Assembly (NCBI GenBank): GCA_964016885.1
Contig: OZ024740.1
Location: 419,492,001 to 419,556,000, forward strand
DNA: 64,000 nucleotides
Direction: 5' to 3'
DNA from: Eledone cirrhosa
Taxonomy: Eukaryota
This document shows, one piece after another, positions 1 to 12,137 of this stretch. A program made the translations under genes and the position numbers. The notes beneath the pieces were generated by a model, which saw only the letters and a program-made list of their open reading frames with translations, ran no database searches and had not been told where the DNA came from. Within the stretch, counting starts at the first letter, position 1, and every line of letters begins with the position of its first letter.

Positions 1-90
1 GTAATGCACTGGGGTCAATTTAATTGACTTTCCCCTCCTCCAAAATTGTTGGCCTTGTACCTAAATCTTAAACTATTATTATTATTATTA
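1..90 (+). mobile_element. 3' part of tRNA-derived SINE (family A) with (ATT)n tail
   Basis: gtaatgcactggggtcaatttaattgact...ttgttggccttgtacctaaatc + ttattatt matches the 3' half of copies at 42765-42970 and 60230-60432. Confidence 0.7.
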
Positions 91-544
91 TTTGCAAAAA
101 ATATATATATTTTCAATTATTCAAAGAGTTGTCTAGTCAAGTGCCACAAGCCCTTCTTTGATATTAAAATTAAATTTCCGCTTCAGATCTATATTTTATA
201 AAAAATATAAGTTTACATATCTGCATAGTGTCAACATTCGTCATATCGATTTTATGGATGGTATCTTTCATTATCATTCTGTCGTGTCAAACCAATTTTT
301 CTAACAAAATTTCAAAATGAAAACAGGGGGGAAATTTATGTAAACTCACATAGACTTTTATTTTTAACATCAAAACATTCCTCTTGTTCAGAAACAGTCT
401 TTCATCTATCTTCTGTATTTTGCATTTTATCATTTTATCATATTATTGTGATAATTGTACATTAATACATGAGGTAAATATTCCAATGATGAGTTACTTT
501 CTCCATAATATAGTTTTTTCACCATTCTTAAATAAAGATGTAGC

Positions 545-870
545 TGTGAATTGGTAGTCATTAGAATGTTGAATAGAGTGCTTTGCAGAATTATTTTCGG
601 CTCTCTGCTTTTGATTCACAGTTCAAATTCTGTTGAGATCAACTTTGCCTTTCATCCATTTGAGGTCGATAAAGAACCAGTCTAGTACTGGGGTCAATTC
701 TTCCTCTATATCGCTTTCTCAATTTAATTCTCTCACTTTCTATCCTTCTCTGTATTCAGACCAGGAGAGGGGATGGGCTCTGCCAGGTATATATATATAA
801 AAAAGCCCTAAAATTACAATATGCCAATATGGTACCCCTATGATTCCCTTGGGAGTTAAGGGGCTTTTAC
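545..870 (+). mobile_element. Composite: SINE-A head/central domain + CT-rich tract + hairpin-ended tail (possible Helitron 3' end)
   Basis: B-box gttcaaat, ctttgcctttcatcc..gaggtcgataaa, then tgtattcagaccaggagagggg..., terminal hairpin cccct..agggg; homologous to 2990-3390. Confidence 0.5.
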
Positions 871-1309
871 TTAATTAAAAATTTTAATTCATACACGTGC
901 ATACACACATACATGGGCAAATATACACATACACACACGTGTGTACATGCAGTGTGTATCAACACAGATTATAGGCAAAAGTGCCTGAGAGGAGTGTTCT
1001 ATCCATCAATTTGCCCCACCTTTTCTTTAGCCTTACCCCACTCCATAACATTTTGCTCCTACTCCCTTTTGTATTGAAGTTTTCCATATCTATCTACGAC
1101 CTCTTACCTAAATTTAGTTTCGGCTATATATTGTATAAGTTTCACCTGAACATCACTCTTTTGATAAGCAGGTAACTTTTCTCTTTTACTTACTAGGATC
1201 TTAGTCTTTGTTGGGTGACTTTAAGACCCCTGCTTTCCATGTTTGGAATTTCTCCCTCCCCCCCCCCCCATCTATCTTTCTCTCTAGAGAGAGAGATTAT
1301 ATATATATA

Positions 1310-1460
1310 TTGGTGTTAGGAAGGACATCCAGCCGTAGAAAACCTGCAGACAGTCCTATACAAGCAAGACAACCAATCTTGCCTCACGTGGGACAATTCC
1401 CGTCTAAACCCATGCTAGCATGGAAGATAGACGTTAAACGATGTTGATGATGATGATGAT
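1310..1460 (+). mobile_element. RTE-LINE 3' tail fragment ending in (GAT)n
   Basis: ttggtgttaggaaggacatccagccgtagaaa...cccatgctagcatggaagatagacgttaaacgatgttgatgatgat = reverse complement of the tail at 44050-44200. Confidence 0.75.
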
Positions 1461-1536
1461 ATGTATATATTGGTATAACTTAACAGCTATAAGGATATGT
1501 GTGTGTTCCTTTATCTGCACTTATCTTATTAATGCT

Positions 1537-1668
1537 TACCATATATACTTGAATATAGCCAAGGAATATATGGCCAAAAGGTTAATGGCAAAATAGGTTT
1601 GGGTGGTCGGCTTATATTTGGGGTCAATATTTTACCAATTTTCACCAACTTCAAATTCTACATAAATA
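1537..1668. mobile_element. Tc1/mariner-superfamily (pogo/Tigger-like) MITE end
   Basis: Starts taccatatatacttgaatatagcc, with inner inverted ggcttatatttggggtcaata; reverse complement of 26640-26763. Confidence 0.55.
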
Positions 1669-2387
1669 AGGTGCTAAGATATCTGGAGTGATTATTTTAC
1701 AAGGAAACATTGGTTTTCTACATTTACTACATCATCAATAGTGTTATTTATGCATTCCCTTGAAAATATTTTTAACAATTTTTTTATAATTTGAATGCTT
1801 TAATGCATAAATATCCCATACACATCCACTCATGTGCACACGCATCACACGTGCATATGTGAACACATACATGTTTTTCTCAGACTATATTTTCTTTCAA
1901 TCTTCTGATTTGATTTTATTGCTCTCACACTCTCCCCATGTTCTCGCATTGCCTCGCCTCTCCTACTCTATGAATTCCTTTACAAAGTTCTCTTATTCAA
2001 TCTTTTGCTTTCAAAGTACTCCATTCATGTGAGTGTCCGGAAGTAAACAAAAATTTGAGAAACTTGTTGAAACTTTATAAAACAGATGAAATGGTAAAAA
2101 ATCATTACATAATGGAGTTGTGAAACAACTATACTAACAACACTTAAAACAGTTTAAATATCAAAATATTAAAACTTCATAAATATATTCTCCACTCAAG
2201 AGATTAGCTGCCCCAGTTTATAAACAAAGTTTGAATTTTTTGCCATTTCTCAGACATAAAATATATTTGGAATGGCTTATATTCAAGGATATATGGTATA
2301 TACTTATGGCCCACTCTATTATACACATATTTACCCTTGATTTCTACATTGTATAGAAAATATATTACCACAGAGGAGCAGTCTATA

Positions 2388-2595
2388 AATGTGGTTGGCA
2401 TTAGGAAGGGCATCCAACCATAGAAACCTAGCAAATATCAGTCAAGTGTGAACAAGACACGGTCATCTGATCTGGCTTGGCTCACATCTGGACAACTTGT
2501 CTAACCCATGTTAGCATGGAAAAATGGATGTTAAGCAATGATGATACATTCCCACCCTTGCTAGAAGGGAAAGCGGACAGTAAAACGATGATGGT
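2388..2595 (+). mobile_element. RTE-LINE 3' tail fragment(s)
   Basis: gtggttggcattaggaagggcatccaaccatagaaa...catgttagcatggaaaaatggatgttaagcaatgatgat. Confidence 0.7.
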
Positions 2596-2989
2596 ATGTG
2601 TGTGTGTATCTCACATGCTAAATATAGTGTGTCCAATAATGTCAATCAACCAAGATTATCCTTGTAATTTGCAGATAGAAAGTTCCTTTAGGTTAGTTCA
2701 AAACTGAAAATAAAAAAAAAATGGAAAAGAACTCTTACACTGCCAGGTGATCCAAGTATAGGCAATTTAGTAGTGAAGATGTTTTTATGAAATGTCTTTC
2801 GTTTTAAAATAAACCCGTTTACCTAGTTTCAGTGGTAAATTTTAAATTTAATTTACACTAAATTTTTACTAAGTGTAATTAGAGAAACACCTGATAAATT
2901 ACAAAAATAATATATGGTCTCTCGACCTTATTGGCTTTTCACACTTCCAAACTTACTTTTTGTTTTTATTGATTTCATTATTGGAAACA

Positions 2990-3390
2990 TTCAGACAGTA
3001 AATTGAGTTGTTAGAATGTCAGAGAGAATATGTAGCATTTGTTCTAGTTCTCTGTACTCTTAGTTCAAATACCACTGAGGTCAACTTTGCCTTTCATCCT
3101 TTTGAGGTTAATAAAGTACCAGTCTAGTACTTTTTCACCCTCCCTCTCTCACTTCCTTCTTCTCTCTCTTTCTTTCTCTCTCTATCACTCTCTCTTTTTC
3201 TCACTTCCCTTCTATCATTCTCTCTCTTTCACTCTCTCTCACTTCCTCTCTATCATTCACTCTCCTCTTTCAGAAATCAGCTGTGTTCAGACTTGGAGAG
3301 GGATGGGCTCCGCCAGGTTTAAAATGCCAAAGAAACACCTTATGTCACTATGGCACCCCTACGACTCCACCAGGAGTTCTGGGAACAGGA
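2990..3390 (+). mobile_element. Second copy of the SINE-A/CT-tract/hairpin composite
   Basis: Colinear similarity to 545-870 including ttcagacttggagagggatgggctc and cccctacgactcc..ggagtt hairpin. Confidence 0.5.
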
Positions 3391-3784
3391 AATATTGCTG
3401 TTGATTCTAATGATACTTTTGTTTCGTTATTTAAACTACAATTTTTTACTATTTTTATTTACAATATTACTGTTGAATTTAGTGACTCAAGTGCAAAACT
3501 TTGAATTATCATTTCAGTTTTCAAAGTTAAAAGTACTTTATAAAATGGAATGCCATTACATTGGTCAAACTAGCTTTTTCAAAGAAATATAGCTTTTGTT
3601 ATTCTCACAAGATTGTAAAAATGTCAGATATTGGTCTCAAGTGATTTAGGTGAATTAATTTAGTGAGATATATTTAGAAAGAACAGATTTGATGTTTTTT
3701 TACATTCTTTTACACCCCCCCCCCCCCTTGATATGGAGTGCCTGTTTAATAGTTTGTTGTTGTTAAATTGTCAGTGAAAAGTAA

Positions 3785-4130
3785 AATAATGATTTCTGAT
3801 TTAGGCACAAGGCCAGCATTTTGGGGAGGGGAAAGTCGATTAAATCAACCCAGTGCATGACTGGTACTTTATTTTATTGAACTCAGTGAATAATAAGATA
3901 ATAAAAGCAACATTTCATATTTCAAATAATTGTTTCTAGATTTGGCACAAGGCCAGAAATTTAAGAGGGAAGGAGAAAGTTGGTTAAATCGACCCCAATG
4001 CATTACTGGTACTTTTTATTGACCCCATATGAATGAAAGGCAAAGCTAACTTCAATGGGATTTGAACTCAGAATGTAGTAACTATGCTGCAAAGCATGTT
4101 GTCCGATGCTCTATCTATCCTGCCAATTCC
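3785..4130 (-). mobile_element. Two SINE-A copies (one partial, one near full length)
   Basis: ttggcacaaggccag...actggtactttt...atcgacccc..gaaaggcaaag..gatttgaactcaga (B-box on minus strand). Confidence 0.75.
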
Positions 4131-4794
4131 TCAGAAATATATTTGTGACTCCAAAAAGTCACTAGTTTAAAGAAGTCTAAGCAATACTAACATAAAGCCT
4201 CATAACATGAGGTAGGGGGTGGCTGTTGCAGCGGGTCTCTCTGGACAGTCTCTGCCATAACACTTTTGCTGTTTTGTCTGCAGAGCATGGCTATGCCACT
4301 GCTTGATCCTTCTTTTTTTTTTCTCATTTTCATTTTTTCTTCGCCCGATAGATAGATTGGCGGTAAAATATTTCTTTGATCTGATACAGAATTGTGAATT
4401 TTATAATCTGATAAAACAAGAGAAAGCACTATCATTGTTAATGGCAATCATCATACGTCCGTTTTCCATGCTAGCAATACCTGTATAAATATGCACTAAC
4501 TGCAGATTTACAACTGAAAGTGACATAAGAAGTCATAAACATAAAGTTAAGGTGGAATAAAGAAACAAGGAATATAACATCATGTTAAACATCTTAAAAG
4601 CGTGTTCATAATTTGATTAACCCTTTTGTTACGATAGTTCTAGGAAAACACACTGCCTATGTATTAAAATTTATTCTGAAAATAATCGAAAATTTGGAAG
4701 AATTTTATTAAATAACTTTTTCAATAGTAAGCTGATGTTTGGAACATTACTTTAAAAAATTATGAGGAAAGGTTTTAATATTCTTAACAACATC

Positions 4795-5560
4795 TAATAC
4801 TGTGGTTACTTCGTCAAGGAAGGATCTGTATCCAGACTCTGTTTGGCACATAAACTTGTACCCCCCCCCCCATAAAGACCTTTCTTTCAGCCTAATAAGC
4901 TTCAAGAGGCAAATCCTTCCTTCCAATTGGGATCCAGTCCATAACATATTCTGACAGTCCCCACTTCTGCCTGTGCAGTCATTTCTGGCACTGCAACTGA
5001 ATAGTGGAGCTTCCATCCTCCAACCATGGAACTTTGTTCAGGAAACCCTGACTATATCTAGCCAATAGCATCTGGCCTCCTTCATTAGTTCCTGCTCCTT
5101 GCCTGTAAGGGTTGTAATGTTCCAGTTATCAATTATGTAGGTTTTATCCTTTCCAGACCCTCCTTGGAGTCTTGAGATATGTAACACATTTTCCAGAACA
5201 GGTTGCAGGCAGTTCTTGCAGTGTTGGATGGAGACTGCAATATATCTTTTTAAAATAGTCCCCTGTACCTTAGGCCTTAATGCGGCCCTTGTAATTCTGG
5301 ATGCGATATGGATGTCTTTATTGTTTCCAGCCATATTGCAGTGTTTTGGTGGTTTTATTTGTGCTAGTCATCAATTTGGTACTTTTCTCAGGCCCACAAA
5401 GACTAGGCTTTCTTTCAGAGGTGGTTTTTTGCTTGGCTTGTCTTAGTGACATCCTGGGCTGTGGCAGCTTTCTTGGAAGTATCACCCATTGCTCCATCTC
5501 CCCTAGTAGTTTACCACTGTTGGTCCAGGGTTGTTTATTCATCTGGCAGTATCCTGCTTA
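4795..5560 (-). pseudogene. Decayed RTE-clade (Expander/REX3-like) AP-endonuclease N-terminus and 5' region
   Basis: Translates to WNITTLTGKEQELMKEARCYWLDIVRVS, GWKLHYS, QVYVPN..YRSFLDEV, resembling APE motifs. Confidence 0.65.
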
Positions 5561-5649
5561 TATTGCAACTAACCATCATATCTGGTGGCTGTATTACTAT
5601 CTGACAGCTGCGTCATGTACTTTAACAGAAGAGCTTTGACTAAAAAAGA

Positions 5650-6900
5650 ATTCTCCATGCCTGCTATGAGGAATACATCTGAAGATTTCCTCTCTTCAGA
5701 GAGGAGCATCCTCATGAGGTGGAGTGAATACTTTGCTGATCTCCTAAACACAGTCACAACAGCATCTTCTGATGTCCATGAGGTGCATTGGGAATGGTGA
5801 TAAACCTCTCAGGGGCTGAGATCACAAGAGCAATTAAAGAGCTCAAATGTGGCAAGGCCTCTGAGGAAGATGAAATTTGGCCTGAGATGTTAAAAGCTTT
5901 AGATAGAGAAGGTATTCTCTGGTTAACTTCTCTGCTGGGTGACCTGGATCTCTGGAAAGGCACTTAAACAATTGCAATCAGGAGTGATTATTCCAATTTT
6001 CAAAAAGGGAAATGAGAGATTTCTCCAATTATAGAGGGATCTCCTTGTTAAAACTCCCCATCAAAGAGATGTAGGGATGTCTTGTCCAAGAACAGTGTGA
6101 TTTTCACCCCAGATGCAGCACAGCCAATCAAATATCCGCACTCATCTTTGAAAAATCGGGGCAGTATTTGTTTTGTAGACATTGAAAAGATAATCTGCAT
6201 TGACAGGATTGATATTAGCTGCCAGGCTGGATGTGGTATCATGACTGGCAGGTGTAGGATCAGTCTGCTGTAATTTGCAGACAACAATGTATTACTTAAC
6301 TTATCAGAAGGTGATATTCAACATGCTCATAATAGCTTTGATGCATGACTAGATTGAAAATCAGTGCTGCGAAGACTGAGACACTTGTCCTCTCAAGGAA
6401 GCCTGCACAGTGCACATGTGAATGGAGTTCCACTGAAGCACCTGGAGAAGTTCAAACATCTTAGGGCCATGTTCACAAGTGATGGAAGGCAGGAGACTGA
6501 ATTAAATGCAAGGATTGCAGGAGCTGGTGCAGTAATGTGTCAGCTTTAGCATTTGGTAATCAGAAGGAAGAAGGTAGGTGTAAAAGCCCAACTCGCCATC
6601 TTCAATTCTATATTCACGCCCTGCTTTACCTATGGTCATGAGTCTTGGGTAATGACCAAAAGAATATGATTGTGAATACAAGCAGCCAAAGTGGGGTGCC
6701 TCCAAAGTGTCTTTGGAGTAGCGTTACTTGATAGAGTGTATAACTAGGAGATGAGACAGTTGCTCCAGGTAGAGCCGCTATTTCTCCGAATTAAAAGATC
6801 ACAACTTTGATACTATAGATTTGGGGTTAGAATGTCTCAGGAAAGAATCACTGGATAGATTTATGGGCAAAACCAACTGGCAGGAGACCCAGGTGTAGAC
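5650..6900 (+). pseudogene. Decayed RTE-clade (Expander/REX3-like) reverse transcriptase
   Basis: RWSEYFADLLN, GKASEEDEIWPEMLKALDREGILWL, IIPIFKKG, NYRGISLL, *FADN, EKFKHL, TYGHESWVMTK; frameshifted and with stops. Confidence 0.85.
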
Positions 6901-6955
6901 CTATATATATATGTATATTATATATATATATGTATATTATATATATATATATATG

Positions 6956-6994
<39 letters not shown>

Positions 6995-7059
6995 TTTGAT
7001 CCCCAACAGTGTCTTTTCTCTCTCAATTTACAATTTTTGTTATCTATTATTAGTACATA

Positions 7060-7725
7060 TCATAATCATCATCATCACGCTTGTTTTCCATGTTGGCATA
7101 AATTGGATGAATCATTAAAGTCAATGACTGATGGAGACTTGAGAAGTAATTCTGGCTCATGCATTTCATTTTTGGCATGGTTCCTATGACTCAACACTCT
7201 TCCTAATGTCAACCACATTACAAAGTACTAGCAGAAAAACCACCCTTTGTGTGGTTTTCTGCTAGCATGTGTAGTGTGTATATTGATATTATACACAAGT
7301 ATATATACATGTAGATATGATACATCAAATAAAATCGTAATTGACAATATATAATACATAGAAATTGAACAAAGACTGCGTTACACTGTCTTATGTAACC
7401 AGTAACGTAATCCAGGATACATTAAAAAAAGACGATATTATGAACTGCATTAGGAGAAAATTAGTATGTTTATTTAAGCGATGGCCAACCGGAAGTGCTG
7501 ACATTTCAAAAATTTTAAAGAAGTGAATCTTTAAATAAACAAAATATATTTAATCAACAGCCACAAAATTTAGTAGATAAATTATGTAATATTCATTCAT
7601 TATTTATTCAAAGTAATCCAACTTATTTTACTAAGGGGATAAAAAATTATAAACCGTATGCAGTCCCGTGCTCCTTACTTTAATATAGTTTAGATACTGG
7701 GTGCATTTTATTGTAGCACCAACAC
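7060..7725 (-). mobile_element. RTE 3' tail fragment interrupted by a Helitron
   Basis: (CAT)n + tttccatgttggcat...tcctaatgtcaaccacattacaaagta | resumes tactgggtgcatttt..gcaccaaca at 7695. Confidence 0.6.
7228..7694 (-). mobile_element. Non-autonomous Helitron
   Basis: Minus strand starts TCtaaactatattaaa and ends accac-acaaagg-gtggt hairpin + ttttctgCTAG; inserted between A and T without TSD. Confidence 0.7.
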
Positions 7726-7844
7726 TATATATATATATATATTAAATATCTTTAATATATATATATATATGTGTATATTTCATATATCTTTATCAAGATC
7801 GCTGCCGATGATGATCATCATGATCAATCACGATCGTGATCATG

Positions 7845-7995
7845 ATGATGATGATCATCATCGCTAGCATGGGTTAGACGGGAGTTGTCCCACTTGAGGC
7901 AAGATTGGTCGGGTGACCGTGTCTCACTTATATAGGACTATCTGGCAGGTTTTCTATGGCTGGATGTCCTTCCTAACACCAACCACATTTACAGG
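7845..7995 (-). mobile_element. RTE 3' tail fragment
   Basis: catcatc gctagcatgggttagacggg...tttctatggctggatgtccttcctaacaccaaccacatttacag. Confidence 0.7.
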
Positions 7996-8027
7996 ATATA
8001 TATATATATTCTGTTTAATATAGAAAT

Positions 8028-8078
8028 GACTTCTACAGGACTAGAACTGTTTCATTTAAAAGAAATCATCAGGAAAGT
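8028..8078 (-). ncRNA. Possible degenerate type I hammerhead ribozyme
   Basis: Minus: ttc CTGATGA tttcttttaaat GAAA CAG ttctagtc CTG TA gaa; stem II weak. Confidence 0.3.
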
Positions 8079-8084
8079 GCTAGT

Positions 8085-8300
8085 AGTTAGCTCATTGGAC
8101 TCATGGCCATAAGGTCAGGGGTTCAATTCTTAGACCAGGTAGTACATTGTCTTCTTGAGCCAGACAATTCATTTCATGTTGCTCCAGTCTACTCAACTGA
8201 AGAAATAGCAGCAACAGATTGATGTCTCATTCAGGGGTCCTGTTTTCATAATTAAAACACCCAAGAAACCTGTAATGAGATGCAATCCCAAAGGAAGCCT
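8085..8300 (+). mobile_element. Decayed tRNA-derived SINE (family B, CORE-like centre)
   Basis: ggttcaattc B-box, cttcttgagccagacaattcatttcatgttgctccagtctactcaactg. Confidence 0.55.
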
Positions 8301-8530
8301 GCTAAACGCACATAGAACGCAACATATATGTATGTGTGTATGTATGTATAATTATATATATATATATGTGTGTGTATATGTATACAATATTATTAAGGCT
8401 AAAAAGTTTCACCTGTTTATGCAGAATAACAAGACTCACCTTTTAGCCTTAATAATACTGAATATTAGAACTCTACTTTGGTATTGAGTACTCCTTTCTC
8501 TCAGCCGTCAACCTCATGCGGATATGTATA

Positions 8531-8838
8531 TCATCATCATCATCATCATCATCATCAACGTTTAACGTCCGTGTTCCACGCTTGCATGGGTTTGGACGGG
8601 GGTAGTCCCACTTGAGGCAAGAGTGATTGTCTTGCTCGCATAGGACTGTCTGGCAGGTTTTCTACAGTTGGATGCCCTTCCTAACACCAACCACATTTGC
8701 AGTGTGGGTCTGGGAGGTTTTTACCGTGTTGCCTACACGGCCACATTACAGCGTGGACTGTGTGTTTTTTTGTCGTGACACCTACACGATCTCATTTGTT
8801 TCGGCCTGGATGGTGTGGCACCAACATAACTTTACATA
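8531..8838 (-). mobile_element. Young RTE-LINE 3' end (about 300 bp)
   Basis: Near-identical to 44050-44347, the 3' UTR of the intact RTE. Confidence 0.9.
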
Positions 8839-8844
8839 TATATA

Positions 8845-9422
8845 TAGGCAAATCAGAGAGGCCAGTAAAATAGAACTTAGAAGGCCAAGGATAAACAGAA
8901 AAAAAGAATGGAGTAACAACCACACCCAAACAAACAACACTGACCTAAGAGAAGTATAAATAAATAAATAAATAGATACACAAGCACAATAACAACAAAC
9001 ACATATAAACACACACTAGTAAAGATAGAATACAGTCACCCAATCACGAACACACATCAAACAAAACACTATGCACACACGCAAACGCATGCGCAAAGAA
9101 GACAAAATAAAATAAACAAATATATAAATAGACTAAATAAAGATGGCGTAGAAAATACAATGCAACGGGAGGAAACAATAGCACCACTGACGATGTTGCA
9201 GATGTGCAACGAAAGAACTTTGATAAACTATATATATGTGTTTGTGTCTATATTGTATCTGTATTTTTGACCGTTGGTCAGTCAATGGCAACATTGAGGA
9301 CCGAGTAAGTTAGATTACCGATATAAAAGACACAGAAGCGAAAAGCGAAAACCAACCAAACAGTGAGTGTGTTCTGTTATTAATTCTGGCAATATTACAC
9401 AAATATGACCCTCCCCAAGTAT

Positions 9423-9428
<6 letters not shown>
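8845..9428 (+). mobile_element. Penelope-like element relic (GIY-YIG C-terminus + 3' region with hammerhead)
   Basis: RQIREASKIELRRPRINRKKEW resembles the R..I.EA..I....P..N end of PLE GIY-YIG domains; hammerhead motif downstream at 9183. Confidence 0.6.
9183..9224 (+). ncRNA. Minimal type I hammerhead ribozyme motif
   Basis: acca CTGACGA t GTTGCA gatg TGCAAC GAAA gaac TT tgat; perfect 6-bp stem II. Confidence 0.6.
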
Positions 9429-9451
<23 letters not shown>

Positions 9452-9453
<2 letters not shown>

Positions 9454-9647
9454 CAAGGGTCAGTTGGAAAGTTCATAGGCTGACCAAGATACTCTCATGG
9501 AATGACCAAATGAGGTTTATTTTTCAGCATAGTCCCTGGAAAAGAAACAATACAGTTATTAATAAGAAGAGTTGAAATTAACACAAGATTTCACATCTCT
9601 AGCATCACTCCTTGATATCCTATGAATTTTTCAGCCTACCCCCATAT
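9452..9647. mobile_element. Mariner-type MITE
   Basis: TIR tacaagggtcagttggaaagttcatagg / cctatgaatttttcagcctacccc; same family at 53853-54054. Confidence 0.7.
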
Positions 9648-9650
9648 ATA

Positions 9651-9862
9651 GCCAGTTACAACAGTGACACATGTAGGATACGCCAGTTACAACAGTGACA
9701 CATGTAGGATACGCCAGTTACAACAGTGACACGTAGGATACGCCAGTTACAACAGTGACACATGTAGGATATGCCAGTTACAACAGTGACACATGTAGGA
9801 TACGCCAGTTACAACAGTGACACATGTAGGATATGCCAGTTACAACAGTGACACATGTAGGA
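9651..9862. repeat. 31-bp minisatellite, about 7 copies
   Basis: gccagttacaacagtgacacatgtaggatac tandem. Confidence 0.95.
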
Positions 9863-10068
9863 CACAAATGTGGTATAAATATCGAAGGGTTTAGATCTTT
9901 CAGTCTATAGGACAAGTTATGTACCTGTTTTCTGCCAAAGTTCAATCATTTTATCATTGTTTCTTCATATAAAATATTGCTGCCTCAACAGTCTAGACAT
10001 TGCACCTTTGAAACAAAGCTTAGTTTGAAAACTGGTACTCGAGGAAAAAAAGTGCAACATTATATGTA

Positions 10069-10117
<49 letters not shown>

Positions 10118-10544
10118 ACCAACTTCAAACGAGTTCCAAAGTGAAGATGATAAAAAGCACTTGAAAGCCAACATCAGATAAAAGTACTCATGTTTGAGTA
10201 TGTAAGATACCCAACAGCCATCCTAAATATGATCATATTATCTATCAACTGTGCATTGAGTGAAAGCTGAAGACAAATCTGACAACAAAACTTATATTGC
10301 TTTAAATTTTAGTGTCCTGTACCACATGAAACTGCGTTAGCAGGACAATCTTGAAAAGTAAAAAAAAATACTATGACTGCATCACATGAAAAAATTAATC
10401 CATCCATTAGCAAAGATATAAATATTTGAATTGACAAACCTTATTTTTAGATATTTTGTGATAGATTATTACAGGATTTTAAGAGTTATGTAGGTACAAT
10501 AAGATTGTAAGCAGCAGAAAAACCACAAAATTGACGAGAGTGTA

Positions 10545-10752
10545 TTAGCATATAAGCCGGCCATATCCAACCAGAATTCTCTCACCTCTTTCTGTTCAAA
10601 CTAGCTGTAACCGGCTGCTCATACTGATGTTAAGGTATTGTTTTTAAAATAAATAATATCAAAATCTCATAGATTCGATATTATGTGAGGTAAAGCCTTT
10701 ATCACGAAAATCTAATAGTAAATATAGAGTAATGTAAATGGTAGAGGGTTAA
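10545..10752. mobile_element. piggyBac-like MITE (family 1)
   Basis: Ends gtaaatggtagaGGGTTAA; internal sequence shared with 24395, 54859, 55879, 58046. Confidence 0.6.
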
Positions 10753-11289
10753 GTCACAGTATGAAGTTTTTTTCTATGCCTAATTGATGTATCACAATAT
10801 TGAGAATAGAACCATTGTACATTAGTACATGGTTTAGTGATAAACTTCTAACCATATAATAAAATGTTCGATATAAATTCAATCAAAAGATCTAATGCAA
10901 AATAAAACAAGATGTCTTTATACTATTATAATTTCAGAATAGTAAAATAAATTCTCTACTGATAAGTTGATTTTACAAGTATGAGAGAAAAATAAAATTG
11001 TTCATGACTTGATGATTAACAATAATTTCAGTATTTAAAAATGTTGCTCAGAATATGGTGGAGTGTTATGAAATAGAAATGAATACAATTTTTCTACCAG
11101 GAGTGTTGTTGAAATATACACATATGTATCTATGTGTGTTTGTGTGTGTATATGTGTATTTTCCATTTTTTTCACCTTTTCTTACTCTTGCCTCTGTTTC
11201 TAGTCATTTATTTCTCATTCTATCTTCTAATGAAGATTTTGCAAAACACATAAAAGAGCAAAAGATAGGAAATATGAATTTCATGTTGA

Positions 11290-12120
11290 AAGTGAAACCA
11301 GTGTATTATACCCCCACCCCCCGAGTGAAGCCAGTGTAATATACCCCCCCCCCCCGAGTGAAGCCAGTGTACTATACCCCCACCCCCCGAGTGAAGCCAG
11401 TGTATTATACCCCCCCCCTCGAGTGAAGCCAGTGCATTATACCCCCCCCCCCCCCGAGTGAAACCAGTGTATTATACCCCCCCCCAGTGAAGCCAGTGTA
11501 TTATACCCCCCGAGTGAAGCCAGTGTATTATACCCCCAACCCCCGAGTGAAGCCAGTGTATTATACCCCCAACCCCCGAGTGAAGCCAGTGTATTATACC
11601 CCCAACCCCCGAGTGAAGCCAGTGTATTATACCCCCACCCCCCGAGTGAAGCCAGTGTATTATACCCCCACCCCCCGAGTGAAGCCAGTGTATTATACCC
11701 GCAACCCCCGAGTGAAGCCAGTGTATTATACCCCCAACCCCCGAGTGAAGCCAGTGTATTATACCCCCACCCCCCGAGTGAAGCCAGTATATTATACCCC
11801 CCCCCCCCCAGTGAAGCCAGTGTATTATACCCCCACCCCCCAAGTGAAGCCAGTGTAATATACCCCCACCCCCCAAGTGAAGCCAGTGTAATATACCCCC
11901 ACCCCCCAAGTGAAGCCAGTGTAATATACCCCCACCCCCCAAGTGAAGCCAGTGTAATACAGCCCCACTCCCAAATAAAGCCAGTGTAATATACCCCCAC
12001 CCCCCAAGTGAAGCCAGTGTAATACACCCCCACCCCCCAAATAAAGCCAGTGTAATACACCCCCACTCCCAAATAAAGCCAGTGTAATATATCCCCACTC
12101 CCAAGTGAGACTGGTGTAAT
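11290..12120. repeat. About 33-bp C-rich minisatellite (about 25 copies)
   Basis: agtgaagccagtgtattatacccccacccccccg with variable C-runs. Confidence 0.95.
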
Positions 12121-12137
12121 ATTCATCTCCAAAGTGA

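Noticed and set aside
4187-4447. 86-aa minus-strand ORF
   Set aside because: No recognisable homology or exon boundaries
7806-7863. Palindromic gatgatgatcatcat...cacgatcgtgatc tract
   Set aside because: Explained by head-to-head (GAT)n/(CAT)n simple repeats at a LINE tail
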